Numbered from the stretch's first letter, positions 1 to 10,123 are shown. The stretch is DNA of 64,000 nucleotides from Deferribacterales bacterium (GCA_050253075.1 JBFWJS010000003.1:309458-373457), one strand, 5' to 3'. Notes: generated by a model from the letters alone, not told the origin. Program-made: numbers and translations.

Positions 1-126
1 GACTTCATCCTCGGCATTTTGCTCGGCTATGATGTCACAAAGCAGTGCGAGAGATACATCGGTCTCTCCACACCGGAGAAATGCAAAGGGTGCAAAGTCC
101 CCGTTAAAAAGAATGTAAGTGCCTGA
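1..126 (+). CDS. C-terminal fragment of DUF2023-like protein (runs off window)
   Basis: Frame 1 reads DFILGILLGYDVTKQCERY...SA*, resembling the DFILG.LGYD...QC.RY motif of DUF2023. Confidence 0.55.
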   Translation, partial: DFILGILLGYDVTKQCERYIGLSTPEKCKGCKVPVKKNVSA

Positions 127-135
127 ATAGAGTGA

Positions 136-462
136 TTATTCTATTTCAAAACGGATATCTTTGACAGATACGGGCTCGATGTGTACGCTGGCGCATGTGG
201 ATTTCACCACATGGTTCACGCTTATCCTCAGGTCCGATACGCCCGCTTTGCTGAAAGAGATATCTATGCCGTCGGGCGTCATGACAAAGCCGTAATCTGC
301 GCCGTAGGGCTCGACTGATACGTTGTAAAAATCTCCCCCGCCTATCTTTCCTATCGGTATATCAAGGGCTATAGGGATGCGTTCGTTAACGTGTGCCCTG
401 ATGCTTTCGGCATTTGCCGTCAGTGCGGTCAGTGTAAGGAATATTACGATAAACTTTTTCAT
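136..462 (-). CDS. Hypothetical exported protein
   Basis: 108 aa with signal peptide MKKFIVIFLTLTALTANA; no recognisable family. Confidence 0.55.
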   Translation of the reverse strand: MKKFIVIFLTLTALTANAESIRAHVNERIPIALDIPIGKIGGGDFYNVSVEPYGADYGFVMTPDGIDISFSKAGVSDLRISVNHVVKSTCASVHIEPVSVKDIRFEIE

Positions 463-499
463 AAAAAGTGCCCGGGCATATCCGCATACACCCGGGCTT
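463..499 (-). terminator. Putative intrinsic terminator after the oxidoreductase operon
   Basis: Minus strand GCCCGGGTGTAT-gcgg-ATATGCCCGGGC followed by ACTTTTT. Confidence 0.5.
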
Positions 500-507
500 G
501 CTCCTTT

Positions 508-1083
508 TTAGTAGTCTTTTTTCGCCAGTACAAGCTTCGGAGCCGTGGGCTCGATGAATCTTGTGGACGGATTAAGCTCTGTGTGTTTCGGAAAACCTTT
601 CGGATACTGAACGGCTTTGTCGTCCTTCATCTCTGAAAGCTCGACAAGTGTCAGCGCCTTTGTCGGGCATCCCTGTACGCATGCGGGCATGAGCCCTGCG
701 TCTATTCTCTCCACGCACATGCTGCACTTCTCTGCTCTTTCAAGGGCTTCGTTTGCTTGTGGAGCGTGATAGCTGCATTCCTCTATACATGCACGGCAGA
801 ATATGCATTTATCTGCAGAGTGGACGACAATGCCGTCTTTCTCTCTTTTAACATGTGCACCGACAGGGCAGACCTCTGTGCAGACAGGGGTCGCACAATG
901 GTTGCATGCCAGGGAGTAGAATGCCCTGTCAGTGAATGGATAATCGTTTTCTGCGAGGGGTGTCAGGTTTCTCCAGACAACTCCTGCTTCCTGATGATAC
1001 TGGTTTTTGCACGCCATGGCGCATGTATAGCATCCGATGCATTTTTTAGAATTTACTTTAAAAGCAAGCTGCTTTTTCATCAT
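508..1083 (-). CDS. 4Fe-4S dicluster electron-transfer subunit (DmsB/NrfC-like)
   Basis: Cys clusters CIGCYTCAMAC, CNHC..PVC.EVCP, CIFCRACIEEC, KCSMC..R...G..PACVQGCP. Confidence 0.92.
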   Translation of the reverse strand: MMKKQLAFKVNSKKCIGCYTCAMACKNQYHQEAGVVWRNLTPLAENDYPFTDRAFYSLACNHCATPVCTEVCPVGAHVKREKDGIVVHSADKCIFCRACIEECSYHAPQANEALERAEKCSMCVERIDAGLMPACVQGCPTKALTLVELSEMKDDKAVQYPKGFPKHTELNPSTRFIEPTAPKLVLAKKDY

Positions 1084-1090
1084 TGCCTCC

Positions 1091-3349
1091 TTACGCCTTA
1101 GCGATGTTTGCGAACTGGTCGTGGATTGCTACGCCGGGTGCGCCTGTTTTGAATGTACCCATGTCGGATGATTCGTCGTCTACGACGTTCTGAACGTTGT
1201 AGTTGCCTTTTCTGAACCATGCCTCATACATAACGAGAACATCCTCTGCTACTATGTCGGACAGCTTCGCTTTCACAGTCACACTGCCCACCTTGTTGGA
1301 AACCTTCACCATGTCCCCCTCTTTGATGCCTTTAGCTTTGGCAGCTTTCGGGTTTATGTATATGTAGGGCTCTTTGTTGAAGTCTTCCATATAGTCGAGG
1401 TTTACAAACTGAGAGTGCAGTCCGAACTGTGTGTGCGGTGTGAGCACACGGAATTTATCATAAGGAACTCTGCGAGCCTTATATTCAGGCAGTTTGGTGT
1501 GTCCGTATTCTTCCGCCTGATCAGAGCTGAACTCATACTTGCCCGACGGTGTGCCGAACTTTCTTTCGTTCCATGCTGCGCTGCTTTCTGTCTTCGCTTT
1601 GCGTGGTCCATTTTTCAGGTCTTCCCATGATGATATGCCGAAGAAGTTATAGATGCCTGAGTTGAACTCTTTCTCCATCCAAACCTTTGTGTCGGTTATC
1701 TGAGGGAATGTGCAGGAGCCTTCTTCCAGCTCGTTCATCTTTTTAGAGAGCAGGGCAGCTATCTGCAGGTCGCTCTTTGCCTCGTACTGTTCAGGGATGG
1801 CCTTTTCATTCAGGCTGAGCCAGTAGTGCCAGTAGGATACGTTCACCGTATTTTCCTCAAAGAGAGTGGTGGAAGGGAGCACAATGTCTGCGTTCTGCAC
1901 TGTCTCGTTGAAGAACTGGTCTACGACGACGACCATCTCTAGCTTTTCAAATGCCTTGATCAGCTTCGGTCTGTCGAAGTCCTGCGCAAACGGGTTCTTG
2001 CAGGCTACCCAGAGGAGCCTTATCGGAGGCTCGTTTGTGGTGAGTATCGATTCCGCCAGTTTGTTTATGTTTATTGTTCTGTCGGAATAGCTTGTCTCTT
2101 TCTCATCATTGGCGAATTCGCTTTTGATCTTGTCCTTGCCTGTGTATCCGACAGCGCCCGCAGGCTTCTGCTGAACCATGGCGTTATAGTTAAATCCCCA
2201 TGTCTGGAGGTGTCCGTATCTGGCTCCTCCCCCCTCTATGCCTATATTTCCTGTCATGGCGACGATGGCGTCGATGGCACGTACGTTTGTACCGCCGTTT
2301 GTGTGGCGCTGCATGCCGTAGCCTATCCATATGGTCGCAGGGTCGGCCTGTGCGAATTCCTCCGCAAGCTGTCTGATGACATCTGCGGGCACGCCGCTCT
2401 GCTCTGCCGCCGCTTCTACTGTTATGTTTGTGTTAAGGTAATTTACATAGTCTTCAAAGCCCTTTGCATATTTTGTGACAAATTCTTTGTCGTACAGCTT
2501 TTTATCCACTATGTGCTTTGCGATACCGAGTGCCAGTGCGCCGTCCTGCGCTGTTTTCACTCGGATATACGTGTCGGCCTTTGCCGCTGTCTGTGTGAGG
2601 ATAGGGTCGATGACGACGAGCTTTGCGCCTCTCTCCTGTGCCTCATAGATGAACTTCATGGTGTGCACGGAGTTCCATGCGGGGTTTCCGCCCCAGATGA
2701 TGATATATTTAGATTTGACAAAGTCTTCGGGGTCGTTGCACCACATGTTGCCCATGTCGAAGTTCTGCGCGTCTATCCCCGCAGGCCAGCATGGTGTTCC
2801 GACGAACCTTGTGGTGTATCCCAGAGAACTGAACATCCCTTCCACGCCGTAGTGGGTGATGCCGAAGTTGCCTGAGTATTTGTCCAGTGCCATGCCGAGA
2901 AGGGAACCGTCCTTCTTTTTTATCTCCTGGATCTTGCCTGCGATCTCGCTCAGGGCTTCATCCCAGGATATGCGTTTCCAGTTTCCTGTTCCTCTGCCTA
3001 TCTGTTTCATAGGATATTTGACTCGGTCAGGACTATAGACCCTTCTCGGATAGCTGTACCCCTTTACACACAGAGCTCCGTCTGTGAATGTCGACTCCTG
3101 CGCGCCTTCGATGAACTCGAGCACGCCGTCTTTAACATACGATTTAATACTGCATGTGTCGTAACAGTTTCTGGGGCAGGCATTGCGAAATGTCTGATAG
3201 CCCCCTTCATATTTGGTTCTCTCCCATGCGTGTGCCTTTAAAATGCCTGCGGGCATTGAAGCGAGCGCACCTGCCGCTGCGACACCTTTCAGGAATGTAC
3301 GTCTGCTGAAAGGACAGCCGTTTTTCAATAAATCCTCTTTCCTGCTCAT
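1091..3349 (-). CDS. TAT-exported molybdopterin (bis-MGD) oxidoreductase catalytic subunit, substrate unknown
   Basis: Twin-arginine SRRTFLK, Fe-S motif CPRNCYDTC...LCVKG, WGGNP, ADIVLP and a C-terminal molybdopterin dinucleotide domain (INP..AKAKGIKEGD.VKV). Confidence 0.92.
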   Translation of the reverse strand: MSRKEDLLKNGCPFSRRTFLKGVAAAGALASMPAGILKAHAWERTKYEGGYQTFRNACPRNCYDTCSIKSYVKDGVLEFIEGAQESTFTDGALCVKGYSYPRRVYSPDRVKYPMKQIGRGTGNWKRISWDEALSEIAGKIQEIKKKDGSLLGMALDKYSGNFGITHYGVEGMFSSLGYTTRFVGTPCWPAGIDAQNFDMGNMWCNDPEDFVKSKYIIIWGGNPAWNSVHTMKFIYEAQERGAKLVVIDPILTQTAAKADTYIRVKTAQDGALALGIAKHIVDKKLYDKEFVTKYAKGFEDYVNYLNTNITVEAAAEQSGVPADVIRQLAEEFAQADPATIWIGYGMQRHTNGGTNVRAIDAIVAMTGNIGIEGGGARYGHLQTWGFNYNAMVQQKPAGAVGYTGKDKIKSEFANDEKETSYSDRTININKLAESILTTNEPPIRLLWVACKNPFAQDFDRPKLIKAFEKLEMVVVVDQFFNETVQNADIVLPSTTLFEENTVNVSYWHYWLSLNEKAIPEQYEAKSDLQIAALLSKKMNELEEGSCTFPQITDTKVWMEKEFNSGIYNFFGISSWEDLKNGPRKAKTESSAAWNERKFGTPSGKYEFSSDQAEEYGHTKLPEYKARRVPYDKFRVLTPHTQFGLHSQFVNLDYMEDFNKEPYIYINPKAAKAKGIKEGDMVKVSNKVGSVTVKAKLSDIVAEDVLVMYEAWFRKGNYNVQNVVDDESSDMGTFKTGAPGVAIHDQFANIAKA

Positions 3350-3894
3350 GACAACTCCTTATGTAATATTGTCTTTTCGGACTCAACAGAGATCCACTCT
3401 TCTAAAATGCCTAGGACATTCCTGATCGCCTTTGACGATTCACAGTTTTCCTTTGCTTTTTCGATGAAAAGCGGCAGCCACAGTGCGATATGCTCGTTTA
3501 TGAATGCGCGGTATATCTCCTCTGCTTCAGGGTGTGTGTCGGAAACGGAGAGGAGATATCTGCACGCATCAAGTTCAAATGCCAGGGAGTCTTCCGGCTC
3601 ACGCCCCTGTTCGGGAAGTGCGAGGCCGATAGATTGATAAAACTCGCGTATCTCTGCGGTTATTCTGTTTTGTATGAGGTTTTCCGGGTCGAGATAGACA
3701 GATGCCACTAAAGGAGCCTTCGGTGCGGCAGGGCCCACAAAGAGCCTGTTGAAGATAAACTCTTCCTGTTCCCAGTCTATGCCGTCCATAGGCAAGGAGG
3801 TTGTGTATGTCCCTAAGACGCCATAGGCTTTTTCAAGCTCTGCTTGTCTGCCGTCGTAAAAGAAGTCTCTGAAAGCTGTGATAAGTTCTACCAT
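3346..3894 (-). CDS. TorD/DmsD-family maturation chaperone
   Basis: FNRLFVGP, ASVYLD, EPEDSLAFEL and HIALWLP motifs; overlaps the start of the catalytic subunit. Confidence 0.85.
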   Translation of the reverse strand: MVELITAFRDFFYDGRQAELEKAYGVLGTYTTSLPMDGIDWEQEEFIFNRLFVGPAAPKAPLVASVYLDPENLIQNRITAEIREFYQSIGLALPEQGREPEDSLAFELDACRYLLSVSDTHPEAEEIYRAFINEHIALWLPLFIEKAKENCESSKAIRNVLGILEEWISVESEKTILHKELS

Positions 3895-3929
3895 GATATA
3901 TACCCCATACTTGTTATGTTTAAAACATA

Positions 3930-3995
3930 GTCGGGTATTTATAGGGTAGATATGGGGGTGATCAGGTAATTATCGGGTATAGACATATACCCGAT
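3930..3995. promoter_or_regulatory. Phased repeat array, likely LuxR/NarL-type operator of the oxidoreductase operon
   Basis: ATCGGGTA-like copies start at 3930, 3941, 3952, 3961 and 3972; perfect IR ATCGGGTATA-N4-TATACCCGAT at 3972-3995. Confidence 0.65.
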
Positions 3996-4004
3996 GTCTA
4001 AATA

Positions 4005-5657
4005 TTATTTGTTCAGATATGCAAAGAGGTTTACGTCTTTACCGCTGAGACCGAGCTTTTTACGTATATTCTTACGGTGGGTCTGCACGGTTTCAAAGGA
4101 GATGTTCATCGTCTCTGCTATGTCTTTGCTGGATGAACCGCTCTGTATCATCTGGCACACCTGTATCTCGGATTTCGTCAGTTTCATGATATCTTCGTTA
4201 TTCATGCTGCCTGTTGATTTGGTCAGCCCGGAGAGCTGGTCACGCACTATGTTCAGATACATCTGGCGTATCTCAGAGTTTGATTCGCCTGCGAGCTTCT
4301 GCACGGACGGGATGATGGTCGTCAGTACTTTCTGCGAGATTGAGAGCTCCAGCTCTTCCTTCTCTTTATCTATAGCTTTCATGACGTTACGCAGGGTCAC
4401 GTTCATCTCTTCGGCCTTTGTCTTTTCCTGTTTCAGGTATTCTTCCATAGATTTCTGCTGGGTGATGTTCCGCACGATGATATGCAGAAAGTCCTTACCG
4501 CCCAGCTTAAACTTGTTCACCGTTACGCTGGCGGGGAATATGTCTCCGCTCTTGGTGATGCTGTTTATCTCGCCGTGCCAGACCTCGCCCTCTTTGATGG
4601 AAGCGGCCAGCCTCAGGCTGTCTATGCTGGCGGGGTGTGTTATCATGATGCAGCTGACGCCCTCGAGTGTGGCGGTGGTCAGACCGTACATGTCGGCTGC
4701 CTTCTGGTTTGCCTGTACGACATTCAGCTCGGCGTCTGCCAGCATTATGCCTTCCCCTGCGGATGTGAAGAGGGAGCGGAAAATCTTTTCAGATTTGGTC
4801 AAGGCCTCTGTCCTCTCGGCAACGACCGCCTCGAGCTTCAGCCTTTGATCCACCATGCAGGTGATGTCGTTCAGGATGATGACATAGCCTGCCGATGCCA
4901 GCGAAACCTTTTTCAGCGGAACGACCACCATAGAGTATATGGCGGATATCTCAGGCACACGTATCTCGTGCTGTTCGCCGTATGGGAATGCTTTGAGGAA
5001 TTCGTCTATGCTGTATTCGGAGAGTCCGATGTATTTCAGTATGTTTTCTCCGACTATGTCGCCTTTGAACTGTTCGGTGGCTGCTTTGTTCAGCTCCAGC
5101 ACGGTTCCTTCGGCGTTTATGACTATTGCGATGTCGGATGTGACTTCAAATATGTTTTCGTATTTATTCTTGTCCAGCGTGAGCGCACGGTTCTTTTCCG
5201 CCAGAACAGATATGTATTCGCTGCCGTCCTGACTGTTCCAGTCGTTTATGACTATTGTCTCCATAGCGTCGAAGATACGGCGGAGTTCGATATAGCCTTT
5301 CAGCTTTGTGCTGTCGTCTGCGTCCATGCCGAGGATTATGTCCTCTACGGAGTGTATGAGCGTCTTGAAACAGCCGAAAAACATCTCTGCGCTGATGCCT
5401 CGTGATTTGTGCCTTTGGGCTGTCATGAGGACGCTGTCGGCGATGTTTCTGCTGTTTTTCAGTATGCTTGCGAAGTCGAGGGGGATCTTCTCAGACAGGT
5501 GCTGACGGATGGGGAATACAACTCCCTGAATGCTGAGTATGCAGTCCTCACGCTTTGCCGTTGTATGTTCCAGATACCCCGCTCCGCGCATATACATTGC
5601 CCAGTTTTCCAGAAAGGTTTCCATCTCGGTCAGTATTCTGTCTAATAAAATCTTCAT
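4005..5657 (-). CDS. PAS-PAS-LuxR transcriptional regulator with N-terminal helical sensor domain
   Basis: C-terminal LTKSEIQVCQMI..G.SSKDIAETMNISFETVQTHRKNIRKKL; two PAS-like segments (..N.AA..) joined by coiled coils. Confidence 0.88.
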   Translation of the reverse strand: MKILLDRILTEMETFLENWAMYMRGAGYLEHTTAKREDCILSIQGVVFPIRQHLSEKIPLDFASILKNSRNIADSVLMTAQRHKSRGISAEMFFGCFKTLIHSVEDIILGMDADDSTKLKGYIELRRIFDAMETIVINDWNSQDGSEYISVLAEKNRALTLDKNKYENIFEVTSDIAIVINAEGTVLELNKAATEQFKGDIVGENILKYIGLSEYSIDEFLKAFPYGEQHEIRVPEISAIYSMVVVPLKKVSLASAGYVIILNDITCMVDQRLKLEAVVAERTEALTKSEKIFRSLFTSAGEGIMLADAELNVVQANQKAADMYGLTTATLEGVSCIMITHPASIDSLRLAASIKEGEVWHGEINSITKSGDIFPASVTVNKFKLGGKDFLHIIVRNITQQKSMEEYLKQEKTKAEEMNVTLRNVMKAIDKEKEELELSISQKVLTTIIPSVQKLAGESNSEIRQMYLNIVRDQLSGLTKSTGSMNNEDIMKLTKSEIQVCQMIQSGSSSKDIAETMNISFETVQTHRKNIRKKLGLSGKDVNLFAYLNK

Positions 5658-5703
5658 ACGTTCCTCTTATGTAGAGGATAGTCGCAAGATTTAAATAGTC
5701 AAT

Positions 5704-5925
5704 TTAATTTTCAGTATAGACCATTGCATGCATGTATGAGGCAAAGGCATATATCATTGATGTGAAAGAGAGCAGGGCGCTGATCTTAAGAGAATCCATC
5801 CATTGCCCCGTATTTATACCATAGGCGAGTGCTCCGCACGCAATAATGGCGAAAAGAACGCAGAATTTGATCATTTCAGCTTTAAAAATAGAGATTTCGG
5901 CATTTTGGTCCTGATTGTTTGTCAT
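5704..5925 (-). CDS. Small two-TM membrane protein, divergent from LysR
   Basis: Two hydrophobic helices; AAGGAG RBS before the ATG at 5925. Confidence 0.55.
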   Translation of the reverse strand: MTNNQDQNAEISIFKAEMIKFCVLFAIIACGALAYGINTGQWMDSLKISALLSFTSMIYAFASYMHAMVYTEN

Positions 5926-6050
5926 TTTCAGACTCCTTTTAAACAATTCAGAAACCGGTTTCTGCGCTAAATATACAACCTTTAAATATATAATGAAAAT
6001 ATTATTTTTTTATTTATAATATAATAAATTTTTATATTTTGGAGATATGT

Positions 6051-6956
6051 ATGAGCCTCGATATATACAGGAATTTTATGGTGATAGTGGACGAGGGGAG
6101 CCTTACATCTGCGGCTAAGATACTGCACATAGCCCAGCCCGCACTGACAAATCAGATACGCATCTTAGAAGATAGATTCGGTGCAGAGCTCATACAGACG
6201 GGGCGGGGTATCCGCCAGATAAAAGTGACGGATGCGGGGCGTGTGCTTTATGAAAAGGCGAAATACCTCTGCGAGCTCGAGGACTCCGCCGTTAAAGAGA
6301 TAAACGACATAAACAGAGGTCTTTCGGGGGTGCTGAATATAGGTGTTGCGCCTTCGGTTTCAGAGCACGTGATAAACAACCTCTTGCTCGACTTTCAGCG
6401 TATATATAAGAATATTACGGTGGAGCTGTATGAGCTGGTGAGCGGTGATATCGGCGAGCTTCTCCTTGCGGGGGTTTGTGAGATAGGCATAATACGTGCG
6501 CCGCTCCCTTATCAGCATCTGCTGAACAGCTATATGATAGAAAATGAGGTGATGTCCGCCATTTTCCGAAAGGACAGCCAGTGGATCAAGAACCCCGGGG
6601 AAAGTCTGTCCATAAGCGACCTTTTAGGCGTGCCCATCTGCATGGACAGAACATTCCGTGACAGGATGAAGAGTGCTTTCGACGAGATAAATGCCTCGGC
6701 GAATATCGTCAGCACCTGCGTCCTCAGGCAGAGCTGTGTGACATTTGCGAAATCGGGCGATGCCGTCGCCCTTGTCTCCGCAGGCACCATAGACGAGATG
6801 GGTGATGACCTCTATTGTCTGCCTCTGCGCGGAGAGGTGCATAAGCTGAAGAAATCACTAATAACAGTGAAAAACAGAGGGCTCTCTGCTGTTGCATTAA
6901 ATTTTCTCAAATTCGCAGGTGAGCGGTTCGGACAGGAATGGGACATTCAGCAGTAA
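6051..6956 (+). CDS. LysR-family transcriptional regulator
   Basis: GSLTSAAKILHIAQPALTNQIRILE HTH followed by a substrate-binding domain. Confidence 0.93.
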   Translation: MSLDIYRNFMVIVDEGSLTSAAKILHIAQPALTNQIRILEDRFGAELIQTGRGIRQIKVTDAGRVLYEKAKYLCELEDSAVKEINDINRGLSGVLNIGVAPSVSEHVINNLLLDFQRIYKNITVELYELVSGDIGELLLAGVCEIGIIRAPLPYQHLLNSYMIENEVMSAIFRKDSQWIKNPGESLSISDLLGVPICMDRTFRDRMKSAFDEINASANIVSTCVLRQSCVTFAKSGDAVALVSAGTIDEMGDDLYCLPLRGEVHKLKKSLITVKNRGLSAVALNFLKFAGERFGQEWDIQQ

Positions 6957-7068
6957 AATAGCGGGCTTATTTGTTTGATATGACATTTTTCTAATATAGA
7001 TATAAGAATTCTTTTTCATCCTGACGGTATCATTTTCCAGTTTAGAGATTATTTAATTGGAGGACAGG

Positions 7069-8136
7069 ATGAAAATTTTAAAATTATTTGTTTTATCGCT
7101 GATCATGCTTTCTGTTACGTCGGCTAACCTTTATGCTCAGGATACTCTAAAGGTACTGACATGGGAAGGCTATGCCCCGAAAGCACTCGTGGAAAAGTTT
7201 GAAAAAGAAACAGGCATCAAGGTCGAGCTGACATATTCCAACAATGAGGAAATGATAACAAAGCTCAGAGCGACAAGAGGCGCAGGCTTCGACATCGCAC
7301 AGCCGTCACAGGACAGGATCAGCTCTGTTCAGGAAAAATACAATTTATACAAAGCCATAGATTATTCCAAGATCAACTCGGATGCGATAATCACATCTAT
7401 GCTCGACGCTGTGAAGAACAACACAAAGGTCGGCGGTGAATCCTTCGCAGTGCCGTTCTGCTACGGCACATCGGGCCTGATCGTTAATAAGAAGCTCGCT
7501 CCTTATGCAAAGGACTACAGCGACCTTCTCAACCCTGCATACGCAGGCAAGATATCCTACAGACTTAAGAGACCTACGCTAATCGCCCTCGCATTTGCCA
7601 GAGGCGACAATCCTTTCGCCAAATATGACAGCACAGAAGAGTACACAAAGCTCATGGAGCTCGTAGAAGCTGACCTAGTGAACGGCAAACCGCTGGTCAA
7701 AAACTACTGGGCAAACGGTGATGCACTCCTCGGAATGCTCAGAAGCGGTGAAGTTGTCGTCGCTATGGGATGGGACGGAGGCGGATGGAAGCTGCATAAA
7801 GAGAATGCAGACATAGACTTCGTAGCCCCTGCCAGCGGTGCTCTCGGCTGGATAGACACATTCGCTATCCCTGCAAAAGCTAAGAACATCGACGGAGCCT
7901 ACAAATGGATAAACTTCATGCTCGCTCCTGAGAACGCAGGCTATTTCACAAACGACAGCGGATACGGCACAGCATCTGCCGACGCAGCTAAATACCTCGA
8001 CGCTGAGAAGAAAGACAACTTTGAGCGTTCTTTCACAAAGGCAGATATAGACAACATCAAATGGTATCCGCCGGTTCCGGCAGCACTCGAAAAAGTAGAA
8101 GGCAAAATACTTGATAAAGTAAAAGCAGCACAATAA
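7069..8136 (+). CDS. ABC transporter substrate-binding protein, PotD/PotF family
   Basis: Signal peptide, TWEGY, FEKETGIKV, SNNEEM, W.D.FAIP..AKN...AYKWINF. Confidence 0.88.
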   Translation: MKILKLFVLSLIMLSVTSANLYAQDTLKVLTWEGYAPKALVEKFEKETGIKVELTYSNNEEMITKLRATRGAGFDIAQPSQDRISSVQEKYNLYKAIDYSKINSDAIITSMLDAVKNNTKVGGESFAVPFCYGTSGLIVNKKLAPYAKDYSDLLNPAYAGKISYRLKRPTLIALAFARGDNPFAKYDSTEEYTKLMELVEADLVNGKPLVKNYWANGDALLGMLRSGEVVVAMGWDGGGWKLHKENADIDFVAPASGALGWIDTFAIPAKAKNIDGAYKWINFMLAPENAGYFTNDSGYGTASADAAKYLDAEKKDNFERSFTKADIDNIKWYPPVPAALEKVEGKILDKVKAAQ

Positions 8137-8202
8137 GTTTCTTCGTTTTGGGGGCGGTCGGCTTTGTCTGTCCGCCCTTATTGTTTTACAGGTTTGGTAA
8201 TA

Positions 8203-9273
8203 ATGAATGACAGTTTAGAGATTTCTTCGATAAATAAAGCCTTCGGCGAGTTTAAAGCCGTCGACGGCGTTGATTTTTCAATATCAGACGGGAAGTTCTT
8301 TTCGATACTCGGTCCTTCGGGATGCGGTAAGACGACCCTTCTGCGCATGATAGCGGGCTTCCTTGAACCTACATCGGGGAGCATCAGGATAAGAGGCAGA
8401 GAGATGGTGGGTATCCCGCCGAATAAACGCCCGGTAAATCTCGTTTTTCAGAATCTGGCACTGTTTCCCATGATGAATGTTGGCGAGAATGTCGCATTCG
8501 GGCTGAAGCGTCAGGGGATAACAGGGAAGGAGATGCGACAGCGTGTCTCAGCCATTCTGGAAAAGGTGCATCTCGGCGGATTTGAGTCGAAAGACGTATC
8601 ACAGCTTTCAGGAGGGCAGAAGCAGAGGGTGGCGATAGCACGTTCCCTTGTGCTCGAGCCTTCGATACTCCTGCTGGACGAGCCGCTCGGTGCACTCGAT
8701 CTGAAACTGCGTGAACAGATGAAGATAGAGCTTAAAAAACTTCAGCATGAGGTCGGCACGACATTCATGTATATCACCCACGACCAGTCCGAAGCACTCG
8801 TTATGAGCGACATCGTGGCTGTGATGAACCGTGGGAAGTTCGAGCAGATAGACACTCCGCAGAATCTTTATGCAAACCCGAAGACGAGCTTTGTTGCGGA
8901 GTTTGTCGGCGAAACGAACAAGTTCGACATTCAGCTCACAAACGATGCAAAGACAGAGGCTGTGACATCCGCAGGGATTAATTTTAAGATAGACTGCATA
9001 GACTCCTGCCCGAACAGGAACGGGACTCTGTTCATCAGACCCGAGGCTGTGGTGCTTATGGCGGATAAGTCTGTGGACAATATGAATTTCTTCGAACTTG
9101 GCATTAAGACTGTCCTCTTCGACGGTTCTAATACTAAGGTCTTGGCCGAGATAAAAGGCACAGACCACGAGATGATGGTTGCTCTCCCGCAGAACCGCCA
9201 TTTTGCCCACATTCAGCCGGGCGATGTACTTCAGGCGGGTGTGGATATAAAGGACTGCCGCTGTTATGCTTAA
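8203..9273 (+). CDS. potA: ABC transporter ATPase, PotA family
   Basis: GPSGCGKTT, LSGGQKQRVA, LLLDEPLGALD, ITHDQSEAL. Confidence 0.88.
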   Translation: MNDSLEISSINKAFGEFKAVDGVDFSISDGKFFSILGPSGCGKTTLLRMIAGFLEPTSGSIRIRGREMVGIPPNKRPVNLVFQNLALFPMMNVGENVAFGLKRQGITGKEMRQRVSAILEKVHLGGFESKDVSQLSGGQKQRVAIARSLVLEPSILLLDEPLGALDLKLREQMKIELKKLQHEVGTTFMYITHDQSEALVMSDIVAVMNRGKFEQIDTPQNLYANPKTSFVAEFVGETNKFDIQLTNDAKTEAVTSAGINFKIDCIDSCPNRNGTLFIRPEAVVLMADKSVDNMNFFELGIKTVLFDGSNTKVLAEIKGTDHEMMVALPQNRHFAHIQPGDVLQAGVDIKDCRCYA

Positions 9274-10123
9274 AGGTGTCAGACTCGGATTCATAATATT
9301 CTTTACGCCTATATTCCTCTGGCTCTTTCTGCTGATAGTACTGCCGAATCTGGAGCTTCTGCTCATGTCGCTGAAGGCGGAGAACAGCGCAGGGGATATG
9401 GTCTGGTCGCTGGCTAACTATGCAGAGTTTTTCAACGAGCGTGTATACTGGCTGACATTTGTGCGGGTTGCCGTGTATTCGATACTTGTCACATTTCTTA
9501 CATTCATCGTGACGTTCCCCATAGCGTTTTACATTACTAAGATAGCATCGGTGAAGCATAAAGGATTCCTTATGATACTGCTCCTCATACCTTTCTGGGT
9601 TAGTGAGCTGGTGCGGGTTTACGGATGGATGATCCTTTTGAGAGAGAGCGGGGTGATAAACTATTTCCTCGTGAGCCTCGGTCTGCTGAGTAAACCTGTA
9701 GAGATGCTCTACAACGACGTCAGTATGATAATGGGGCTGGTCTACACATCCATGCTGTTTATGGTTGTCCCGCTGATATCGTCTCTGGACGGTATGGACG
9801 ACAGCTACATAGAGGCCGCCCACGACCTCGGCGCATCAAAGTGTGTCATATTCTTTAAGATAATCATCCCGTACACTGCCCCGGGGATAGTCTCGGGCTC
9901 GATAGTTGTTTTTATGCTCACACTGGGGAACTACCTCACGCCGAACCTGATGGGTGGGAAAAACTCGCTCTGGTTCACCGAGCAGATATATAACCAGTTC
10001 ATCGCCAGCTTCAACTGGAATCTGGGTGCGGCTTTCGGTTTCCTGCTCCTTGTGCTCTCTTCATTCATAATATGGCTCAGTCTGAAGCTGACAAGGCAGA
10101 GCCTCGCAAAGGCGCTGTCATGA
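9266..10123 (+). CDS. potB: ABC transporter permease, PotB family
   Basis: PFWVSELVRVYGW and EAAHDLGA (EAA loop). Confidence 0.85.
   Translation: MLKGVRLGFIIFFTPIFLWLFLLIVLPNLELLLMSLKAENSAGDMVWSLANYAEFFNERVYWLTFVRVAVYSILVTFLTFIVTFPIAFYITKIASVKHKGFLMILLLIPFWVSELVRVYGWMILLRESGVINYFLVSLGLLSKPVEMLYNDVSMIMGLVYTSMLFMVVPLISSLDGMDDSYIEAAHDLGASKCVIFFKIIIPYTAPGIVSGSIVVFMLTLGNYLTPNLMGGKNSLWFTEQIYNQFIASFNWNLGAAFGFLLLVLSSFIIWLSLKLTRQSLAKALS

Noticed and set aside
3994..5405. Long plus-strand ORFs (284 and 307 aa) and similar antisense ORFs elsewhere
   Set aside because: Shadow frames of well-supported genes on the opposite strand.
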